Shown here piece by piece: positions 14,351 to 27,100 of a stretch of 64,000 nucleotides of DNA. How positions within the stretch are numbered: the first letter of the stretch is position 1; the number at the start of each line of letters is the position of its first letter. The stretch lies in NCBI RefSeq assembly GCF_009914755.1, contig NC_060931.1; one strand, 5' to 3'. The notes beneath the pieces were generated by a model. That model had not been told where the DNA came from. It was given only the letters and a program-made list of their open reading frames with translations, and made no database searches. Source of the DNA: the human T2T-CHM13v2.0 reference genome, Homo sapiens. Both the position numbers and the translations under genes were made by a program.

Positions 14351-14970
14351 TGTAATGAAGGGTTAATTCTGCAGACATGGCTTTCCAAAACCTTGCGCAT
14401 TCCAAAGGTCTTCAGGACTGGCCCTTGACAAGCTCCTGGGAGATGATAACCTATGAGCCCTTGGTATACGTTGCCTGATGAGAGTCTTTGTATACCTGAA
14501 AACGTAGGTCATATCAAATAGCTGATGCTAACAACGTGATTTCTTGTGAGCACCTGTTTCTGTATGCCTATGACTTTGTGTAATGCTATATTAATATGTA
14601 CTCTCTTAGGGCATATGGAGGTTGGGAACTAAGTAGCTAAGTTCAGTCACAGGACATTCGATGCATATGTGGTGGAATCCTAATAAAAACCCTGGACTCA
14701 AGGCTGACTGAGCTTCCCTAGTTGGCAACAAGTTCACACATGTTGTCTCACACCATTGTAAAGAAAACTAGTCAGTGTGAAGTCCCCACTATGAAAGGAC
14801 ACCTGTAAGCTCACATCTGGTTTGTCCTGGACTCAACTTTATGTGCTTTTATGCTTCTGATTATTTTAATCTGGTTTCTTTCACTGTTAGAAACTATAAC
14901 CACACAAAAAAATCAGCTTTCTTGGGTTATGTGAATCATTAAACCAAAGGGGGACTTGGGGACCCCCAAT
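14351..14970 (+). mobile_element. MER77-like ERVL solo LTR, copy 1
   Basis: TGTAATGAAGGGTTAA...TCTTCAGGACTGGCCCTTG...AATAAAAACCCTGGAC...TTGGGGACCCCCAA, ~620 bp. Confidence 0.7.
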
Positions 14971-15589
14971 AAAATGTATATATATTCTTAGAAAAAGAAA
15001 ACTGGCTATAGCAGATATTGCTGATGACTTGTCTTCTATGTCCTGGACTCAATGTGTTCACCTGAAATTCACCTGTTTCCAGCTAACTGAGAGCTCCCCA
15101 CATCATGCCTGTCTTTCTGATTTTTGGGCCTGCCTGTAAGCTTCTTGAGGCTAACCAGTGCTTCTCAACCACACATAGGAACAAAGAATGCGTTAGGGGT
15201 GGAGAGTTAATGATTTTAAGGCAATCCTTAAGCAATAAGAGATGGGGATTCCAGCATCCCCATCTCTTTGTAAAGTTATTTTGACACAATCTCCATACCT
15301 CCATCATTACTGAGCACATAGCAGTAACTACTCATTCACACTGGCTTCGTGTTCTGTTTCATTTTCTCCACTTCTGTGCTTTCTCACTCAATTTCTGATT
15401 AAAGTATCTGACCCCAGATATTTGTTTCATAGTCTATTTTTGAGGGAATCCAGAGCCAAGACAATAACAATGGGAGCTTTGCAATGAGGGAGGGTGAGTA
15501 TAATCATCAGAAGGTTACCTACCTCACTGGGAACATCAAGGCCTGGAGAGCTTGCTGTTTCAATGAGAGAAACATGTTGAATCTCAGTT

Positions 15590-15591
<2 letters not shown>

Positions 15592-15639
<48 letters not shown>
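15592..15639. repeat. (TA)n microsatellite, much longer than the paralogous site at ~51719-51732
   Basis: About 24 TA units read directly. Confidence 0.95.
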
Positions 15640-15642
<3 letters not shown>

Positions 15643-16530
15643 CAATAAGACGTGCCCTTTACTTATATCAAAGGAAAGTGCTCTTCACCTCTCTTTGTTG
15701 TTGTGTTTTTATCACTATTGCCTACACAAGCAGAATATCATACCCAGGATTTAAAGCCCTCTCTGCAGGATTTTCAAGCTCATGTTTTTATCATAAGTCA
15801 CTCTGCTTCCATGTGTTTTAAATCTAATCCTCATTCCTCTGCTTTTACACCAGAGTATTCATCACTGACTTATTTTTGACTGACCTCCTTATAGAGCTGT
15901 CAAGTACACAATTTCTGCTGTGACCTTTCTCTTAGAGTTCAGTCATATAGACTCTCACTAGATATAATTTCCTCTTATCTTTCTTAATAATGAATTGTCA
16001 GTTAAAACTCAACATTTTTAAGATTGAGCTTACCATCTGCACACACACACACACCATTATTGGTGTATTCTCATAGCCTTGAAACACTAATATCACGTTG
16101 ATGTCTGCCTTTTCTCTCTCTGCTACCTCATTCCTCATCCTTAGATTATTCTAAAAGATTCAATTAGATAAAGTTGCCTAATTATATTTTTAAGATGCTC
16201 TCTCCCCTTCCCAACATTTCGTTTAACAAAATTTAAAAATTTCTGGCAGGAGACTGTTGAAATCCCCATGAATGACTGTGGTTTTACTATTTTACCTTTC
16301 AGTTTTAATAGGTTTTCTATTATGTATTTTGAAGTAATGCTATTGTGTGCATACATATTTCTTATTTACATGACTTCTTGGTGTATTTTTCCCTTTGTCA
16401 TTTTGAAATGTTATTCTTCATCCCCAGTGATATTTCCTGTTCTGATGTCTACTTTGCTCATCACAGTTTTAGGGGTTTTGGTTTGTTTGTTTTTCTATAT
16501 TTTGGTTCAAGTAAGGTTCTTATAAATCTG

Positions 16531-17560
16531 TTCGATTCCATTTGATGATTCCATTTGATTCCATTCGAGGATTCCACTCGATTCCATTCAACGATGATTC
16601 CATTCGAGTCCATTCAATGATTCCATTCGAGTCCATTTGATGATTCCATTCGATTACATTCGATGATGATTCAATGCGATTTCTTTCTATAATTCTATTC
16701 GATTTCATTCGATGATCATTTCATTCTATCCCAATACATGATGCCATTCGATCCCATTGAATGATTATCCTGTTCGATTCCATTCGATGATGACTCCAAT
16801 CAATTCCAGTCAATGATGATTCCATTCACGTCCATTAGATGATTCCTTTCGATTCCATTCGATGATGATTCCATTCGTGTCCATTCGATGAATCCATTTG
16901 ATAAAATTCGATGATGATTTCATTCGATTGCATTTGATGATTCCATTCTATTCCATTCGATGATGATTGCTTTTGAATCCATTCAATGATTCCATTCGAG
17001 TCCATTTAATGATTCCATTGGATTCAATTTGATAATGATTAATTTGGATTCCATTCTGTGATTCCATTTGATTCCATTCGTTCATGATTCCAATCGATTC
17101 CACTCGATGATGATTAAATTCAATTTCATTCAATGATTCTGTATGATGTCATTTGATGATACATCAATTCTATTCCATTGGATGATTCTATTTGATTCCA
17201 TTTGATGATGATTTCATTCGATTCCATTCGATGATGATTCCATTTGATTGCATTTGATGATGATTCCATTCTTGTCCATTCGAAGTTTCCATTCGATTAC
17301 ATTGCATGATTATTCCATTCCATTCCATTCGATGATTCCATTCGACTGCCTTCGACGATGATTCCATTTGATGCTATTCGATGATTCCATTAGATTATAT
17401 TTGATGATGATTCCATTTGACTCCATTTGATGTTTCCATTCGAGTCCATATCATTATCCCATTAGATTCCATTTGATGATGTTTCCATTTGATGACATTC
17501 GATAATGTTTGCATTCGAGTCCATTCGATGATGACTGCATTGGTTTCCATTCTATGATTC
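16531..17560 (+). repeat. HSATII satellite, CATTC strand on +
   Basis: ATTCCATTCG(ATG)1-2 units. Confidence 0.95.
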
Positions 17561-18081
17561 GAATGGAATCCGAAAGGAATGTAATGGAATCAATGAATGG
17601 AATTGAATGGAATCACCAATGAATGGAATGGAATGGAGTCAACATCGAATGGAATCGAATGGAATTATCGAATGGACTCGAATAGAATCATCTTCGACTA
17701 CAATCATGTGGAATCATCTAATGGGGAAGAATAGAATCATCATCAACTACAATCATGTGGAATCATCTAATGGGGAAGAATAGAATCATCATCGAATGGA
17801 ATCATTGTCGAATGAAATGGAATGGAATCAATGAATGGAATTGAATGGAATCACCAATGAATGGAATGGGATGGAGTTATCATCTAATGGAATCAAATAG
17901 AATCATCGAATGGACTTGAATATAATCATCATTGAATGGAATCGTGTGGAAACATCTAATGGGGAAGAATAGAATCATCATTGAATGGAATCGAATGTAA
18001 TCATTGTCAAATGGAATGGAATGGAATCAATGAATGGAATTGAATGGAATCACCAATGAATGGAATGGGATGGAGTCATCA
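17561..18081 (-). repeat. HSATII satellite, inverted (GGAAT on +), with internal tandem copies
   Basis: GGAATCATCATCGAAT units. A diagnostic motif recurs at 17583, 17821 and 18020. Confidence 0.93.
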
Positions 18082-18120
18082 TGGTGAATGATCCATTCTA
18101 ATCAAAATTCGAATTCCATC

Positions 18121-18415
18121 GGAATGGACTCGAATGAAATGGAATGGACTCGAATGGAATGGAATAGAATGGAATCAACATGAGTGCAATGGAATGGAGT
18201 GGAATGGATTCGAATGGAATGAAATGGACACGAATGGAATGGAATGGAATGGAACGGAAGAGAATGGAATGGAATGGAATTTACTCACATGCAATGGAAT
18301 AGACTCGAATGGATTAGAACGAAATAGACTCGAATGGAATGGAATGCAATGGAATGGACTCGAATGGAATACAATGGACTCGAAAGGAATGGTATGCAAT
18401 GGAATGGAATGGAAT
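18121..18415 (-). repeat. HSat3-type pure (GGAAT)n pentamer island
   Basis: Strict 5-bp phase without CAT insertions. GGACTCGAAT and ATCAACATGAGT variants. Confidence 0.85.
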
Positions 18416-18424
18416 CATCAATCA

Positions 18425-18967
18425 TAGATGATTCCAAATGATTCCATTTGATGTTGATTCGATCCATTCCGTTTGATGTTGATTCGATGATGATTACATT
18501 AGATTCCATTTGAAGATTCCATTCGAGTCCATTCAATGATTCCATTCGAGTCCATTCAATGATTCCTTTACATTCCATTCGATGATGACTCCATTCGAGT
18601 CCATTCAGTGATAATTCCATTTGATTCCATTTGATGATTCCGTTGGATTCCATTGTTTGTTTTATTTTGATTCGTTTTGATGATGATTCCATTCAGTTTC
18701 ATTTGACGATCCCATTCAATCCTATTCGATGATGTTTCCATTCGATTCCATTTGAAGAAAATTCCATTCAATTCCATTGATGATGATTCCATTCGATTCT
18801 ATTCGATGCCGATTCTATTCGATTCCCTTTGATGATGATTCCATTTGATTCCATTCGATGATTAAATTTGATTCCATTCAAATGGAATTCGATGCATTCC
18901 ATTCAATGATGATTCCATTCGAGTACATTCAATGATTCCATTCAAGTCTATTCGAAGATTACTTTCA
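18425..18967 (+). repeat. HSATII satellite, CATTC strand on +
   Basis: ATTCCATTCGATGATG units. Contains TTTGTTTTATTTTGATTCGTTTTGATGAT, also at ~54012. Confidence 0.95.
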
Positions 18968-21900
18968 ATCGTCGAATGGCATTCAATGGAATCATCATCA
19001 AATGGAATCTAATGGAATCATCGAATGGACTCGAACGGAATCATCATTGAATGGAATCTAATAGAATCATTGAATGGACTCTAATGGAGTCCTCATCGAA
19101 TGGAATCGAATGGAATCATCGAATGGACACAAATCGAATCATCAAATGGACTCAAAAGGAATCATCATCGAGTGGAATTGAATGAAATCATCAAATGGAC
19201 TCAAATGCAATCATCAAATGGCCTCAAAGGGAATCATCATCGAATAGAATGGAATGAAATCATCAAATGGACACGAATGGAATCATCATCGAATGGAAAT
19301 GAATGGAATCATCAAATGGAATCGAATGGAATCATCATCAAATGGAATCAAAAGGAATAATCGAATGGACTTGAACGGAATCATCGAATGGACTCAAATG
19401 GAATCATCATCGAACCGAATTGAATGGAATCATTAAATGGACCCGAGAATCATCATCGTATGGAATTGAATGGAATCATTGAATGGACTGGAATGGAATC
19501 ATCATCAAATGGAATCGAAAGGAGTCATGGAATGGAATCGAAAGGAATCATCATCGAATGGAATGGCATGGTATCACCGAATGGCATCAAACGGAATCAT
19601 CATCGAAAAGAATTGAACGGAATCATCCAATGGACATGAATGGAATCATTATCAAAAGGAATCGAATGGAGACATCGAATGGAATCGAATGCAATCATCA
19701 CGGAATGGAATTGAATGGAATCATCATCGAATGGAATCGAATGGAACCATTGAATGGAATTGAATGGAACCATTGAATGGAATCGAATGGAATCATGATC
19801 GAATGGAGTCAAATGGAATCATCATCGAATGAAATCGAATGGAATCATCATTGAATGGAGTCAAATGGAATCATCATCGAATGGAATCGAATGGAATCAC
19901 CATCAAATGGAATGTGATGGAATCATCGAATGGACTCGAATGAAATCATTGATTGGAATCGAATGGAATCATCATCGAATGAAATAAAAAGGAACATTCG
20001 AATGGACTCCAATAGAATGATCATCGAATGGAATCGAATGAAATCATGGAACACACTCAAATTTAATCATCGAATGGACTCAAATGGAATCAACGTCAAG
20101 TGGAATCGAAAGGAAACATCTAATGGACTTGAATGGAATCATTGAAAGAACTCGAATGGAATCATCATCGAATGGAATCAGATGGAATCATCGAATGGAC
20201 ACGAATGGAATCATCATTGAATGGAATCCAGTGGAATCATCGAATGGCATCGAATGGAATCATCATTGAATGGAATCGAATGGAATCATCAGTGAATGTA
20301 ATCAAATGGAGTCATCGAATGGAGTCCGTTTGAATCATCATCGAATGAAACAGAATGCAGTCATCATCGAATGGAATCGGATGGAATTATCGAATGGGCT
20401 CAAATGGAATCATCGAATAGACTCGAAAGCAATCAACGAATGGACTCGAATGGAATCATCATTGAATGGAATAAAAGGGAAACATCGAATGGAATCGAAA
20501 GGAATTATCAGTGAGTGGAATCGAATAGAATCATCGAATGGACTCGAATGGAATCATCATTGAATGGAATCGAATGGACACACCTAATGGCATTGCTTGG
20601 AAGCATCATCGAATGGAATCAAATGGAATCACTGAATGGCATTGAATGGAATCATCATCCTTGGAATCGAATGAAATCATTGAATGGAATTAATGGAATG
20701 ATCATCGAATGATATCGAATGGAATCCTCAAATGTAATCAAATGGAATCATCAAAAGGAATTGAACAGAATCATCATCGAATGGAATCAAATGGAATCAT
20801 CAAATGGAATTGAAAAGAATCATCATCGAATGGAATTGAATGGAATCATCAAATCGAATTGAAGGCAATCATCATCAAATGGAATCAAAGGGAATCATCA
20901 AATGGAATTGAAGGCAATCATTGTCAAGTGGAATCGAGTGGAATCATCGAATGGAATTAAATGGAATCAGTGTCGAATGGTATGGAATGGAATCAATGAA
21001 TGGAATTGAATGGAATCACCAAGGAATTGAATGGAATGGAATCATCATCGAATGGAATCAAGTGGAATCATCGAATGCACTCGAATGGAATCATTATCGA
21101 ATGGAATCATGTGAAATCATCTAATGGGCACGAATAGAATCATCATCGAATGGAATCGAATGGAATTATCTAATGTACTCGAAAGGAATCGTCATTGAAT
21201 GGAATAGAATGGAATCATTGAATGGAATCGAAAGGAATGAACATCTTATGGACTCGAGTGGAATCATCGAATGGACTTGAATGTAATCATCGGAGAATGG
21301 GAGCAAACGGAATCATCAAATGGACTCGAATGGAATCATCAATGAATGGAATTGAATAGAAACATCAAATGGACTCGAATGGAATAATCATCAAATATCA
21401 AAAGCAATCATCAAATGGATTCGAATAGAATCATCGAATGGATTCGAATGGAATCATCATAGAATGGAATCAAATGGAATCATCAAATGGACTCAAATGA
21501 AATCATCATCGAATGTAATCAAATGGAATCATCGAATGGAATCGAATGGAATCATCATCAAATGGAATCGAATGGAATCACCTAATGGACTCGAATGGAA
21601 TCATCATCAAATGGAATCAAATGGTATCATCTAATGCACTCAGAAAGAATCATCATCGAATGAAATCGAATGGAATCACCGAATGGACATGAATGGAATC
21701 ATCATCGAATAGAATCGAATGGAATCATCGAATGGACTCAAATGGAATATCATCGAATGTGATCAAAGGCATTCATCAAATGGACTCAAATGAAATTTTC
21801 GAATGGACTCGATTGGAATCATCGAATGGACTCGATTGGAATAATCGATTGGACTCAGATGGAATTATCGAATTTGCTCAAATGGAATCATCGAATGGAG

Positions 21901-24184
21901 TTGAATGGATTCATTATCGAATGGAATCAAAGGGAATCATCGAATGGAATCTAAAGGAATCATCGAATGGAATCGATCAGAATCATCATCGAGTAGAAAC
22001 AAATGGAATCATCAAATGGAATAGAATACTGTCATCATCGAATGGAATCGAATGGAATCATCATCGAATAGAATCAAATGGAATCATCGAATGGAATTGA
22101 ATGGAATCATCGTCGAAAGTAATCAAATGGAATCATCGAATGGAATCAAACTGAATCATCGAATGGAATTGAATAGAATCAGCATCGAATGTAATTGAAC
22201 GGAATCAACATCAAATAGAATCGAAAGGAATCATTGAATGGAATCATCACTAAACGGAGTCCAATGGAATCATCAAATGGACTCGAATGGAATCATCATA
22301 GAATGGAATTGAATGGAATCATCGAATGGAATCATCATCAAATGGAATCGAATGGTATCATCGAATGCACTCGAATGGAATCATCAATGAATGTTATTGA
22401 ATGGTATCATCGAATGGACTCGAATGGAATCATTTTCCATTGGCATCGAAAGGGATCACCGAATGGACTCGAATGGAATAATGTTCGAAAGGAATCGAAT
22501 GGAATCTTCGAATGGAATCGAATGGAATCATCATCGTATTGAATCGAATGGAATCATTGAATGGACTGGAATGGAATCATCATACGGAATCGAATGGAAT
22601 CAACGAATGGAATCGAATGGAATCATCATCGAATGGAATCAAATCGAATAATCATCGAATGGAATCAAAAAGAATCAACATCAAATGGAGTCGAATGGAA
22701 ACATCATCGAATGGAATCCAAAGGAATAATCATGGAATTGAACCGAATGGAATCATAATCGAATGGAAGCGAAAGGAGTCGTCATCAAATGGAATTACAT
22801 GGAATCATCATCTAATGGAATCAAATGGAATCATTATCAAATGGAATCTAATGGAATCATCGAATGGAATTGAATGGAATCATCATCAAATGAATTGAAT
22901 GGAATCATCGAATGGTCTCGAATGGAATCATTATCAAATGGAATCGAAAGGAATCACTGAATAGAATCGAATGTAATAATCATTGAATGGACTCAAATGG
23001 AATAATCATCATATGGAATTGAACGGAATTATCCAATGGAATCGAAAAGAATCATTGAATGGAGTCAAATGGAATCATTGAATGGACTCGAATGGAATCA
23101 TCATCAAAAGTTATCAAATGGAATCATTGAATGGACTCGAATGGAATAATCATCGAATGGAATCGAAAAGAATCATCATTGGATGGAAATGAATGGAATC
23201 ATCATCGAATGGAATCAAATGGAATCATCAAATGGAATCAGATGGAATCACCATCGAATGGAATAAAATAGAATCATCGAATGAAATCGAATGGAATCAT
23301 CATTGAATGGACTCGAATGGAATCATCATCGAATGGACTTGAATGGAATAATCATCCAATGGAATCCAATGGAATCAACATCTAATGGAATAGAATGGTA
23401 ACACCATCGAATTGAGTCAAATGGAATCCTCATGGAATTGAAAAGAATGGACTCATCATCGAATGGATTCAAATGGAATCATCAAATGGAATTGATTGGA
23501 ATCATCAGTGAATGGAATCGAAAGGAATCATTGAATGGAATGGAATGGAATCATCATTGAATGGAAACGAATGGAATCATCATAGAATGGAATTGAATGG
23601 ATTCATCAATAGGAATCAGATGGAATCATCATCGAATGGAATCGAATAGAATCATCGAATGGAATCGAATTGAATCATCATCCAATGGACATGAATGAAA
23701 TCATCATCGAATGGACTCGAATGAAATCATCATCCAATGGAATCGAATGGAATTTTCGAATGGACACGAATGCAATCATCATTGAAAGGAATCGAATGGA
23801 AACACTGAATGGCATGGAATGGAATCATCATCGAATGGAAACTGATAGAATAATCGAATGGACTCGAATGGAATCATTGTATGGAGTCAAATGGAATCAT
23901 CATCAAATGGAATTGAATGAAATCGTTGAATGGACTCGAATGAAATCATCATCAAATGGAATCGAATGGAATAATCTAATAGACTCGAAAACAATCATCA
24001 TCGAATGAATTCGAATGGAATCACCGAATGGACACGAAGGGAATCATCATCGTATAGAATCGAATGGAATCACTGAATGGAGTCGAATGGAATATCATCG
24101 AATGGAATCAAAAGCAATCATTGAATGGACTCAAAAGGAACTATCGAATGCAATCATCGAATGTACTCAAAAGGAATCATCATC
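18968..24184 (-). repeat. HSATII satellite array, GGAAT on +
   Basis: 5.2 kb of GAATGGAATCATC(ATC) units. Several segments are reverse complements of parts of 54250-56660. Confidence 0.97.
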
Positions 24185-27100
24185 ATTTCTCGAACTCCTA
24201 AGTATAAAACTCAAGTATCCACAATTTAAATTCTTTTTTGCTCACTTCTATTATGTTTCCAGTCTCAATAGAAATCGATGCCAATCCAGAAATACAAGCA
24301 TTATTCTAATACTTCTCACACATTACTGATATAGATTAAATTTTGTAGATCTCCTTAAATAGTATCATTTTTCACTACTTGTATCTTAACTGCTACGTTT
24401 AACATTTTCTATAATATTAATAATTTGTGAAAATTTCCTTCCTTTCTTATTTGTCCCAGGTTCAATGTTTTGCAGTCTCTACCTCACCCTGTGAAGCATA
24501 AACATTGTACATGCTATACAAATAATACTTCGTTCATGTACTTAGAGATTGCACAATTTTTATTTGGTTGACAATAGCTAATGTTTTCTTCTTCATTTTC
24601 TATTTCCTGATTTTTCTTTATTTAGTATAGACTACATTGTCATAAAAATAAGAACGTTTTACAAACTAAAGCAAAAGCAACCCTAGGAATAAAATGCACA
24701 AATAAAATATATAAACATACGTTTAGATGTACCACTTACCCTTGTAATTTATTTAGACCTTAAATTTTAGTACAATTTTAATTAAAGTCTGTGTATAATC
24801 TGTCATCGTCTTTGTATTTTTTACATAACAAATTTTGTAAATCAAAGAGTCTCAGTGTCATTATAAACTATCTTGGCAGAGGTTGATCTCCAAGGAATAA
24901 TTTCTCTCCCAAATTATGCCAATCAGAATTTCACTCTACCATAATTCTTTTAATCAGTTTCAGAGGAACAATAAATTTCAAAATTGTTCGAGGTACTTCT
25001 TTTAGTTCAAGTACCTTTTGACAGGTGTAAAACTATATACAGACTGATACAAACATATTCTAATTGACTCAAAATTATATGGGACCTATTTTGAAATCTA
25101 GATTTTAAAATGTCGTGTCAACATACACATGTTCTCCTTGTGAAATAATTGCTTTTTATTCTCTGGATAGAATAATTTAATCTTTAAACCTTCAATTCAC
25201 TGTTAGAAACAAAATTTTACATAAGGATATGCTTATAAAACTAATTCCCAACTAGCTGTTCAATTCAGAAATATCAGTGAAAAATCATCAAACATCTAAG
25301 GGATTTCAAGGAGAAATGTGTTAGTAATTTGTTCCATATGTCTCAATTTTTCCTATACTCAAGCCTTCCTTTAAAATAATTGTAGGCATTTAAGAAACCA
25401 TGTAAACTAAAAAGAAGAAATTGTGACACTGCCGCTTAGGTTTTTTAAATCTTTGGACATGATTCAATATATTTTTTAAATTGTACCTTAATTAGACATT
25501 GTGAGTTCACCATCTTCCTGTCAGTGTAGCATCCAAGATGATTATCATAGATTAGAAGTTCAACTATCAACTGTGTTCTGAGAGTCTAAAAAAATAAATG
25601 AACGTATTTGTTTGGGTATTCTTAAAGCAGTTGTGAGGACACAGCGAAAGAAAGACAAGGAAAAGAGAACAAAATAAAACAGGAAAGATAGAAAAGCCAA
25701 TACCACACGTGTTAAGAGGTAAGTTGCTGTGTTAGATATCTGGGCTTAATTTTATGGGACTCTATGTGGAACATACCTCAGAATTACATCACTGAATCCA
25801 GGGAGATTCTTCTTAGTTACCCTCACCTTTTCTTCCCACTTCGTGCCCAGTAACAAGCTCCCGTGGTGCTAGAGAAAGTCCTCAGCTAGAAACTCGTGCA
25901 AATTCTGGAGATGAGACCTTGTAGAGTGTTAAGAATGGTTTTATTCCCAGCAGCTACAGGTAAGGAATAGAGGCTGGGCTATTAATACATCTGCTACAAA
26001 CCAATAAAGCCCTTATGCTCCTTTTGGTGATCGACAATGTATTTAAAAATATTAGATGATCAAGAAGGGCTGCAGAAAGGAGGAAACAGAAACAAACAGC
26101 ACACCTCTTGGTTTATTTTTATTCATTTCATCAGTTTCAAGGAAAATATTTTGGGAGTTCCTGGCATAGAGAATGTCACAAAGACATGTTTTCAATAGTA
26201 GTGCTAACCCTAGGGCAGAGAAGACCCAGAGAAAGCCCAAGTGGCTGCTGGAACAAAGTCAGACACCGTGCCAGCTGTCCTCACTCCTTGGCTCTGCCAT
26301 CATGCTGAAGATCGCTTTAAAGGACTGGCTTCCCTCCCCCGAAAATTAAAAGAGCACAGACTGAGAAACTGAATGTGGGAGACAGCAGTGGATTATGCTG
26401 TTCTCAGGGGTCACCTCAGGTTTGGAAGCATTCTTTCAAATTAACCCATCTCAGTCCATCTGCAGAGAAGAAAGGTGGTACCTAACTTTTTTTCTTGTCA
26501 GCATTTGGTAGGGGTGTTTTATTGACCAAATATGTTCCCACAACCTAGTTTTTTGTGACTAACTAAATATAGTAGAGTTTTAAAATTTATCATTAAAATC
26601 TATAGACAATTTTTGATTAAAATAGACTCCATATCTATGTCCTGCTTTTCTTCTTCTTATTAATTATATTGCTGTATAAAAGAACAAGACTTCAGAATCA
26701 AGAATATCTTGTCTCTTGGCATTGAATTTATACAAGGTACTCTTTCTTTAAGGCTGTCTCAAAGGACATATTTTTACTCATTAAAAAGGAAGATCGGAAT
26801 CTAGTTGTATGCACTGCTCCAACATATTAATAATTAAAATTAGGAGGTAAATGTGGTCAAAGCTATAGAAAGACTGAGATGTCATTTATATTGATTACTG
26901 TATAGCACTCTACAAACAGAAATTGTTAAATAATAGTTTATATAAATATTTTGTAGCATTTCAAATATTTGAGTGCTTGAAGTTTCTCCTCTTATATAGT
27001 TCAGATTATCAATATGAAGACTTACTCCGCTAGTTAATATGTTTTTAGTCTCGTTTGAGTATTATATAAAAGCAATTTTCAGTTAAATGTATTCTGCTTA

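Larger units (their letters stand above)
12966..16530 (+). repeat. Segmental duplication block C (copy 1), paralog of 49093-52634
   Basis: Colinear from AAATATAATTT(T/C)GGAT to TTCTTATAAATCTG. Nine mismatches in 195 bp at 16261-16455 versus its paralog. Confidence 0.97.

Noticed and set aside
8618-16525. Short ORFs conserved between two places in the window (e.g. MGFLWVFSALG, MMKANLLRV, MPFTYIKGK)
   Set aside because: Conservation only reflects the recent segmental duplication, and several lie inside LTR or L1 remnants.
17583-18081. Repeat-spacer appearance suggesting a CRISPR-like array
   Set aside because: The apparent spacers are themselves satellite, the context is primate DNA, and there are no cas genes.
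16520-24329. Many ORFs of the MESSSNGIEWNH type in the first satellite block
   Set aside because: They are translations of GGAAT/ATC repeats, which are ATG-rich and stop-poor. No domain content or gene structure.
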